Origin: Octopus sinensis
Lineage: Eukaryota
Reading direction: 5' to 3'
Length of the DNA: 64,000 bases
Assembly (NCBI RefSeq): GCF_006345805.1
Contig: NC_042999.1
Coordinates: 46,624,001-46,688,000, forward strand
Part shown: positions 52,392 through 64,000 of the stretch, one piece after another
Position numbering within the stretch: the first letter of the stretch is position 1
Layout of the letters: each line of letters starts with the position of its first letter
Notes under the pieces: model-generated
What the model saw: only the letters and a program-made list of their open reading frames with translations
Told to the model about the DNA's origin: nothing
Database searches by the model: none
Position numbers and translations under genes: made by a program

Positions 52392-52598
52392 ATTCCAAAT
52401 TTTGACAAAAGCCCGGCAATTTCGTGTTGGGGCTAGGTTGATTACATCGATTCCAGTCCTCAACTGGTGCTTATTTTATCGATCTCGAAAGGATGGAAGG
52501 CAAAGTTGACCACGGCGGAAATTAAACTCAGAAAATAAAGACAGGCAAAGCACCGCTAAGCATTTTTCCTGGCTTGCTAATGATTCTACCAACTTACC
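52392..52598 (-). mobile_element. SINE family B, degraded
   Basis: gaaaggatggaaggcaaagttgaccacggcggaaattaaactcaga. Confidence 0.8.
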
Positions 52599-52734
52599 GA
52601 ATAATATTTAACTCAGTGAATGCAGTAAACTATCGGGAAAAGAGTATAAGAGCAGGTATGGCAATGCAGGTACAAAGGGCGTGACAGAAAGTGATATGAT
52701 CGAAAGCTAAAAGCTGTGACTGTAGGGTGATCAC

Positions 52735-53135
52735 TACATGATTTTGTGGGCTTTCTCCACAAAAACCTGAATATACTGTAGAAGAATATGCTATTTAAGC
52801 AGAAACAAAATATGACGTAGAAGGTAAAGAAAAAAATGACTGATTAACAAAATTGAAAACAAACGCAGAAAGGCATTGTAATATCATAGATTTAGCAAAT
52901 TAGTATAGTAGTAGATCGGATGTTACAGCAATTAAGATAATTCTGAAATATAAGAACCTCGCCAGAGAGATGAGAATGTGGAACGCAAAGAAAAATGTCC
53001 GTGTCGTAATTGGTCCACTCGTAACAACACTTAAACAGCTACCTAAGAGGCCTGAGGGTACTGGAATTGTGACATGCATTGTCGACATTCAGTTGCACAC
53101 CATCATGTAACTCTGCTGCAATCCTAAGAATCCTG
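52735..53135 (+). mobile_element. Degraded R4/Dong-type RLE C-terminus
   Basis: ILWAF..HCNIIDLA..KYKNLAREMRMWN..VVIGPL. Confidence 0.6.
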
Positions 53136-53189
53136 TAAAGAATCCGGTATATTCACTCATTTTACAAATTTACTGGATAATAGGGGTAA

Positions 53190-53420
53190 ATGAATCCTTC
53201 TTGCTTTGCTTTCCAAGTAGTACTTGGAAAAGTTGATGAAGGCTTCATAGAAAAGGAAAATGTTGGTCTTCAGTGCTTTCAATCGCATTCTTCACACGAG
53301 CTCTTTTACCAAAGTCACTAGATAGAGGAAAAGCGCCTGTGCTTCCCGGACAAAGGAAGGTTGTAGGGCGAGCTACAAAACTGAGCCGGTCGATAGCCGT
53401 ATCCGGACTACACCTGATAG
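53190..53420 (-). mobile_element. Second L1/Tx1 ORF2 C-terminal fragment
   Basis: RIRLSTGSVL*LALQPSFVREAQALFLYLVTLVKELV*RMRLKALK is colinear with the 29130-29397 element. Confidence 0.7.
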
Positions 53421-53640
53421 AAACTGCTTGACTTATCTCTAGATGATAATGATGATGATGATCCCCATCATCACATTCACTAGTATTGTGAATGTTATTA
53501 TTTCGACTTTAACACCATGATCATCATGATCGTCATTGTGCTCATCATCGTTATCAACATCTTCATTATTATTATTATAGTTAATAATATTGTTGTTGTT
53601 GTTGTTGTTGTTATTATTATTATTATCATCATCATTATTA

Positions 53641-55885
<2,245 letters not shown>

Positions 55886-55902
55886 AAAAATATTTTTTTA
55901 TA

Positions 55903-55964
<62 letters not shown>

Positions 55965-55966
55965 CA

Positions 55967-56053
<87 letters not shown>

Positions 56054-56811
56054 TATTATTATTAATCTGCTGATGTTGCAACATTTATTATTATGGATAA
56101 CTCGGTTATCAAGACGAACCGATCACATAATGAAGGTAGCCGGAATCCTACGCAACCCGCTTTCATTTCAATATCACAAAGTCGCAGTACAATGCTCAGT
56201 TCTCCACACGCCGGATGTTCACTTCAAATAGGCTATTTGACCGGCTAAACATATATATCTTTCTCGGAAACGGAAAATTGCACTGTCTTGAGTTATATTT
56301 ACGTTGGTGTTAATAGTGGTGGTGGTAACGGAGGTGGAATTTTCAGCTTGAGTTGAAAGGACAATTTGAATATCCTTATTTCTTTCGTTTATGCTCATCG
56401 TTGTCGTTTCGTTCAGTATTGATGGCGCCAGTTCTGGAAACAGTACTGTTTGTTTCACGTCTTTTCATTTGTGTTATTTACATCTGTATTGTCGTTGACA
56501 TTGCTATTGTGTTCCTACATTATTTTTTTCAAAGGTAGTAGCGAGAATTTGATAATATAGTGTCTGATGAAACAGCAAACAACATACTAGATTTATGAAG
56601 ACGTTTGTTTTTTAAACTGTGTAATTTTGCCATAAAAATGCTTCACAATTTGCTTTGAGGGAGCAAACTTTTCACAAAGGCAACTAGTTTCAAAAAGATG
56701 CTGACTTGTTTATAGCAAAAACCAAAATTACTCTAATCAAAACAACAAAAGTCATTGACATCATACCAGACGATACTATCGGCTGCAGTAATTCGCTTAT
56801 ATTTTATTTTC

Positions 56812-56950
56812 TCCCTCCCCCCCACCAAATGATGTAAGGCACAGTCGATCTCGGTAGGATTTGCACCTAGAACGTAAAGACCCGGAATAAACACAAATTA
56901 TTCTTTCAACACTTTGCAACACTCTAATGATTCTGCTAAACAACGACCTT
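56812..56950 (-). mobile_element. SINE family B remnant
   Basis: aaggcacagtcgatctcggtaggatttgcacctagaacgtaaagac. Confidence 0.6.
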
Positions 56951-57013
56951 TCTGACATCGATGGTGACCATGATGATGTAGATGATGATATAATGATAAT
57001 GATAATAATAATA

Positions 57014-57059
<46 letters not shown>

Positions 57060-57372
57060 CATAATCATAATCATAATAAGAATAAGAATAAGAATGATGA
57101 TAATAATAATCTCCTCCACCGTCACAAAAAAACTATCTCAAAAATCTACCTTCTAATTTCTTCCACTCGTCTTCTACTTCAATCAAAATAGAGAAATATG
57201 ATAAAAATAAAGCAATATAGAAATATCCCAGAAAGAATTGGATTTCTCTTACGCTGATTTCTTTCTCTTTTTTATTCTTTCATTAAGAATGTATTATCTT
57301 TTTTCTGCCACATTGCAGCTGGAAGCTATATACAATGTATGAATATCGTTTTTACTACCGTACTGAACAATA

Positions 57373-57434
<62 letters not shown>

Positions 57435-57539
57435 CATGTAAATGAATAGGATAAAAATACAATGAATGGATATAAACAATAATAGACCAGAAAAACAATA
57501 TAACCTTTCTATTACCTCTTATTCTATGAGTTATATTGC

Positions 57540-57967
<428 letters not shown>

Positions 57968-58404
57968 TTATACATAACGTACATTACACATAGCACTAAT
58001 ACAATAGGATCATACACAGTAAATTCATCACCAAACACGTACCGGACACAATCACTCGTCAAAACTAAAACACTACACAATTCACACAACACATACGCAG
58101 GACCATCACCACCAGACACTAAAATTCACAATACAACCAGCATGACATATGCTGGACTCGATTACTTTATTCCAACAATTGATGATATATATCATAATGT
58201 TAAACGTAACTATTCCTAACACTGAAACATGTAACACAAGTGGCATAACTCATGCCACACACAATGACACCTCGACAATAAAATGTATAACTAAACTGCC
58301 ACATAATCCATATAGACACCATCCATTAAAATTAAGGCACTCCCACATTACATATGAAAGACAATCCGTACACAGCACTAAGACACATAACATACTTTTC
58401 TGAG

Positions 58405-58922
58405 TCAGTTCATTACAGCTGTTTCTAACGCATTTTTAAATAGAATGTGTATGTTTCATCATTGCAAAAAATTGTAATCATCAGATGAAACAGCATTTCA
58501 AAACACTAGGACAGACTATCCCAAGAACATAAGTGGAGCATGTCAGCATTCTTCTATGACAAAAAGGATGTAAGAAACAGCTGTAATGAACTGATATTAA
58601 TCCATCATCTGTTCTTATTCACGTGCTTATAATACACCATAGTGGCGGCGCAATAGTCCAGTGGTTTGTGCAGCGGAATCGCGGTCGTGGGATTGCGGTT
58701 TTGATTCGCAGACCGGGAGTTGTAAGTGTTTATTGAGTCAGTTCATTACAGCCGTTTCTTACACATTTTAAAATAAAACGTGTACGTTTTATCATTGCAA
58801 AAAATCGTAGTCATCAGATGAACCATCATTTCAAAACAATAGGAGAAAATATCCCAATAACACAGGTGGAGCATGTCAGCAATCTTCTATAACAAAAAAA
58901 TTTGTAAGAAACAGCTGTAATG
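58405..58922. repeat. About 190-bp unit with ~22-bp terminal inverted repeats, present twice (58405-58594 and 58738-58922), separated by a spacer and a SINE C head
   Basis: tcagttcattacagctgtttct..agaaacagctgtaatgaactga. Confidence 0.8.
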
Positions 58923-59239
58923 CCTTGCCGCAAACAAGAAATACGAAGGACGTTCACCATCCGGCAGTGAAACGTTTAGTATATATGTGCATTCAACACC
59001 TAGTGAAGAAAACACTACTCGAACATGAGATGTCAAAGACTCAAATACACGAGAAAGACAATCACCCCGGGATAAAATGATACAAATCTCACTACATATA
59101 CTGTACAGAACAAACAGACGGAACATTGATAGTACCAGATATAGCTAAACGAACCCCATCACCGATGCAAGACAGATGAAATAAAGAAATATATTTCAGC
59201 GAAAGACGTCAATTACATGAGTGTACATTATGGTGTATT

Positions 59240-59623
59240 CGGAGCCCTCCGTCGGTTTCGACGACGAGGGTCCCAGTTGATACGATCAACGGAACAGCCC
59301 GCTCATGAAATTAGCGTGCAAGTGATTGATCACTCCACGGACACGGGTACCTTTAACATAGTTCTCAGGGAGATTCAGCGTGACACTGTGTGTGACAAGG
59401 CTGGCCCTTTTAAATACAGGTACAACAGAAACGGGAATAAGGGTAAGAGAAAGTTGTGGTGAAAGAATGCAGCAGGGTTCGCTACAACACCCTGCCGGAG
59501 CCTCGCGGTGCTTTAGGTGCTTTCGCTCAATAAACACTCACGACTGGAATCGCGGTCTGGGAATCAAAACCACGATCCTACGACCGCAAGTTTGCTGCCC
59601 TAACCACTGGGCCATTGTGCCTT
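59240..59623 (-). mobile_element. SINE family C, full length, with TSD
   Basis: Reverse complement of 62497-62872. TSD cattatggtgtatt (59226-59239) and cactatggtgtatt (59624-59637). Confidence 0.92.
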
Positions 59624-60114
59624 CACTATGGTGTATTATAAGCAAGTGAATAACAACAAATGATGGATTAGTATCAGTTCATTACAGCTGTTACTTACGC
59701 ATTTTTATAGAAGAATGCTGACATGCTCCCACTGTATTCTTGGGATATTCTCCTTTTGTTATTATTCATTTGCTTATACACAAACACGCACACAGACACA
59801 CACATATAAAATTATTCTACAAAATACTCAATCTAAAGGCATTGCCAATGACCATTCAGAAGAGCTCTGAAACTGGTGGTAGGAAAGAGGAAAGTTATCT
59901 TCAGATCGGAAACCCGGCCTTGATTCTTACAAATCAGCTAAAGGCATTATCCCTGATGTGATATGTCGAATTCTTGAACCGGCCAGGGATTCACTCTACC
60001 ACAAAATTAACCATAGCAACAGTTCAACTCTGGATACAAAGAGCCGTAATTATGAAAATACACCAACCCATCACCATAAATTGGCCGTTTTCTTATCGCC
60101 TATGAAGACGTTAA

Positions 60115-60650
60115 GCTAGCGGTATACTTAGTGGGTCGGACAATATGTTTAATGACATTTCTTCCAACTATCTACATTTTGAGTTCTAATTCTACCGAGG
60201 TCGACATTTCCTTTCATTCTTTCGGAGTCGATAAAATAAGAACCAGTTTCATACTGGAGTCATTGTAATCAACTTACCTTCTTCTTTAAGGTTGCTGGCT
60301 TTGAGTCAAAATTTGAAACCGTTATCAATTATGAACGAATTAAAGACAAAGTTTAGATTTCCAAGGTATCTAAACTCCGATCTCCGAGTGTCTGCTCAAA
60401 ATGCCGCAGGGTATATAGTGCGATACAGTTAACCCAACCGATCCATCGCGCTAGATTATAAAATAGTTACCAGACCGTAGACTGGTCAGTTACGTCGACA
60501 TAATTATGTAGGTGCTATATCAGTTTATTCAACCTGAAAAAATGAAAGATATAGTTTACCGAGTGGAATATGAACTCAAAATGTAAGAAGCCGGAACACA
60601 CACCACAAAGCATTTTGTTTGAAAGTTCCAGCAATTCTGCCAGCCTAGCA
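60115..60650. mobile_element. Two degraded SINE family B copies (60115-60322 +, 60470-60650 -)
   Basis: gagttctaattctaccgaggtcgacatttcctttcattctttcggagtcgataaaataag and an antisense equivalent. Confidence 0.7.
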
Positions 60651-61469
60651 AAACAAATTATATTGGTTAAGAAACTGTACAGAAACGACAAGACCAACAT
60701 CATCACCATCATTAGTAGTAATAACATCGATAAAAAAGAATTATTATAAGAAAATATATATATGACAAATGGAACAAAAATGAAAGAAGCAATGTAATGC
60801 AAATATAAAACAGATAAATATATATACAGCACAGATAACTAAAAGTTACAGCGAGTTATGTATTTGCTAATAACTTTTAGATTATTATCTAAGTTCGTAT
60901 CGCTTTCATTTATTCGCTGTAAATCATATTTCTGCTTAAGCACAAACCTGTGCCTTCCAATATCTCATTCTTGTTCTTGTACGTCTGTGTGTGCTAATAT
61001 ATGGGACGTGCGTGTATAAGTGGTGGGTGCTGGATAGGCTCGTTCAACCAACCACACACAACACATACATATACATCCGTAAACAATAAATTTATATATA
61101 TGAATGACTGTGAATTCACACACACACATACATACACACTCACAAACACATATACATACACACACATACATACACATATACATATGAATTTGTGTATGCA
61201 TATGTATACATACATATTCATATATATATATATATATATATGTGCGTGTGTGTGTTATACATATACATATATACATAAAACTATATAATCATAAATACGC
61301 GCAAACACACACACGTATGCACATACACACATACATATATGTATATATATAATTACATATATGTATATGAAATTGTGTAGGTGTATATATACAAACATAC
61401 ATACATACATACCTACCTGCATACATACATACATACATACATACATACATACATAGAGACACACACATA

Positions 61470-61529
<60 letters not shown>

Positions 61530-62049
61530 CATATATCACTATTCCCTAATAAAAGCTATGTTGCCGGCAACCTTTTATTATAATCTTAATTAAACACTCG
61601 TATCTCTTTTTTCTATTTTTATTCTATTTTGTATTGTTTCCAAATTAGGAATATTCCTTGATGTACCAATAAATGTAGAACTGGGTTTGTCCACGGCAGT
61701 AATTATGTCGGTTCTCTAATTGCTTCGATTTACAGTAAACATATTCGTATAAGCTCACGTGTCTCTGTAAGCAATGTGAAGGTGGGAAATAACAGCAACA
61801 ACACCAAAATCAATAACAAATCTAACTAATAATATTATTGGAAATACTTATGAATTTTTTCTTGTCGCTATAAGGCTACCGTATGAGGGTACTTTACAGG
61901 CCACAAAATTTGTGGTGAGTTACACAAAAGTTAAATGAAACGAAATGTGATAGCATTGCAGGGAGTACTTGGCAAATAGTAATAATTACTGAGTCTCTGT
62001 GTTAGTCTTTTCTACTGCTGGTCTCATTATTTTGTCGCTTCGTCGGACC

Positions 62050-63180
62050 GAAAGAAGTGAAATTAGTTTTACTACATCGAGTTTAACATGAATTCCTTCT
62101 CTGTAATATTCCACGCTTCTTTCAGTGATCACGATGGGGACTAGCTATGAAATGTCACGTCGTTTTCAGGGGCCATGCAGATTTGTGTAACCATTGAGAT
62201 GTTACCTCAGATCTTTATACTTGTCCATACCATCTGCCAGGAATGTGACCACGGACGAACACTCCATCATTCATGACGCTGAACCACGCATTTCGTTGGC
62301 CCATTACTGTGACAAAAGTGAATGGGCAAGTGTGTATGGGCCAAAAATACTTGTAATTATTTGTTCGTCGGCGCAACAAAAGCACCCATATCCGTCGTAA
62401 TTCGTCGCCTTAATTACCCAAATGATTTAATTACCATCGACACAAATAGTTTTCGAACAACGCTCTTTCTACTTCTCGCTTCATTGGTAAATTACTGGGC
62501 ACTGGCCCAGTGGTTAGGGCAGCGGACTCGCGGTCATAGGATCGCGGTTTCGATTCCCGACCGGGCGTTGTAAGTGTTTATTGAGCGAAAACACCTAAAG
62601 CTCCACGAGGCTCCGGCAGGGGATGGTGGTGATCCCTGATGTACTCTTTCACCACAACTTTCTCTCACTCTTACTTCCTGTTTCTGTTGTACCTGTATTT
62701 CAAAGGGTCGGCCTTGTCACTCTCTGTGTCACGCTGAATATCCCCGAGAACTACGTTAAGGGTACACGTGTCTGTGGAGTGCTCAGCCACTTACACGTTA
62801 ATTTCACAAGCAGGCTGTTCCGCTGATTCGGATCAACCGGAACCCTCGTCGTCGTAACCGACGGAGTACTTCCACTGAAGAGTCTGATATAGGAGATTAT
62901 GTTTCCTCGTTAATTAATAACAAGGTTGGGGGAAATAATCCCCTCTTGGGTAACATAAACTCCCGATACAGGTCGTCTGAGAGATGCTTATTTCTCGTAG
63001 CGTCATAACTGGGCGTCAGTGCGCATATGTATGAATCCATAGTTTCTCCGAAGACAACCACAGTTATGTATAGTAACATGGGATCAGCAATCACTGGCCT
63101 TCCCTCGGAGCCGGCCCGGACAACACCCATTCATACGCTTAAATATTATGCTCGTAGGATTCTACATTGAACGGAAAGGA
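62050..63180 (-). mobile_element. Possible very old RLE non-LTR remnant (R2/NeSL-like), split by a SINE
   Basis: Weak minus-strand motifs CFCCADEQII, DKYKDLR and PIVIT.RSV. Confidence 0.3.
62497..62872 (+). mobile_element. SINE family C, full length
   Basis: tRNA-like head tggcccagtggttagggcagcggactcgcggtcataggatcgcggtttcgattccc and tail ccctcgtcgtcgtaaccgacggag. Confidence 0.92.
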
Positions 63181-63452
63181 ACTGCGGAAACTCATCATCA
63201 TCATCATCATCATCTGACCGTTGCAATGCAACTCATAGAATAAGGGGTAATAGAAAGGTTATATTGTTTTTTCTGGTCTATTCTTTGTTCTGTTATAGTT
63301 GTGGTGATGTCAGTAGTGGTCATACGTTGCCTATGTTTTATGGTAGGAGCAATTAATCATCGGAGGAGCATAAGACTAATATGATGCCAGACGTGAGGCC
63401 ATTTTTGCCTCTGTTTCCAAGATATATGTCTCTCCAAACTTCTTAAGCACTT

Positions 63453-63540
63453 CAGTTCTATATTTAAGAGATGAGGAATTATGTACATTATTTACATTAT
63501 TTACATTTGACGGGTATTATTTACATTACTTACATTTGAA
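63453..63540 (-). mobile_element. Isolated 3' tail of the 46911 Penelope family
   Basis: cagttctatatttaagagatgaggaattatgtacattatttacatt is the same as at 21994 and nearly the same as at 46911. Confidence 0.85.
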
Positions 63541-64000
63541 GGTCTACTGAGGATGTCTGAGAGACCCTTCTATTAGTTTTTTTATCTCATGTCATTCTGT
63601 TATTCATTCGCTTGGATAGGTCCGGAAGAATTTTTATAACAATCATATTTACTGGAATTATGAGGATGATCTTTGCAAATTCTTTTCTGGTTGTATGTTA
63701 TTGTATTGTGAAATGAGCATTTGTCCGAGGAATTCGATTTTGGAGTTTTGTGCAGCAGTTGTTTTTATTGTTTCTTTTTCTGTGTGATCTTGTTTGCCTT
63801 TTCTTGGTGGTAGCGGTGTGGTTGCGTTGCGAGTTATTCTTTGTTTTTCTTGTTATGTGTTTTGCATTTATTAATGTTTTATTGTTCAGTTCTCCAATCT
63901 TTTCGTTTCTTTGATGAGGTGTAGTCTGGTTTATTTCTACTGCAACATGCCATTCACATGTCTTCTCATCCTGCTCCTGATCATTTCATGGAAGGTCGGA

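Noticed and set aside
56219-56458. 79-aa minus-strand ORF in non-repetitive-looking DNA as a possible host exon
   Set aside because: No recognisable domain or convincing splice context was found. RNA-seq would be needed, and small host exons elsewhere in the window cannot be excluded.
57968-58400. A/C-rich ORFs possibly from an old LINE
   Set aside because: No diagnostic motif could be read.
58478-58510. CAGATGAaacagcatttcAAAAc, hammerhead-like
   Set aside because: Both copies carry the same non-canonical core and stem II cannot form.
58401-58922. Repeat-spacer pattern resembling CRISPR
   Set aside because: The repeats are inverted and irregularly spaced, the spacers are themselves duplicated, there are no cas genes, and the context is eukaryotic.
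59948-59992. ccCTGATGT..GAAccggcc, hammerhead-like
   Set aside because: The core has several mismatches and stems I and II do not pair convincingly.
63580-64000. Purine-rich minus strand, possibly the 5' region of an R4/Dong element
   Set aside because: Only base composition supports it, and the region is cut by the window end.

Overview
AT-rich eukaryotic DNA with no recognisable host gene, RNA gene or CRISPR array. The tRNA-derived SINE families and very dense (TA)n/(TAA)n/(CA)n microsatellites suggest an octopod cephalopod (inference), and the region is probably intergenic or deep intronic. It is a mosaic of decayed transposable elements: a CR1-type LINE, L1/Tx1 3' ends, several R4/Dong RLE retrotransposons in (TAA)n tracts, Penelope-like elements (PLEs), mariner/maT/rosa DNA transposons, a non-autonomous Helitron, a very degraded Gypsy and at least four SINE families. 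Most ORFs in the track are microsatellite translations or broken TE ORFs. The main observations are: (1) a Penelope element whose 3' pseudo-LTR carries a tRNA-like Pol III cassette followed by a minimal hammerhead ribozyme region, with the same module inserted on its own with TSDs, i.e. a candidate PLE-driven SINE or retrozyme; (2) several minimal hammerheads with variant cores; (3) two SINE-LINE pairs whose shared 3' stem-loops show compensatory changes; (4) a filled/empty paralog pair for a Dong insertion; (5) many short, locally templated duplications. All alignments were done by eye, and coordinates may be off by a few bases.
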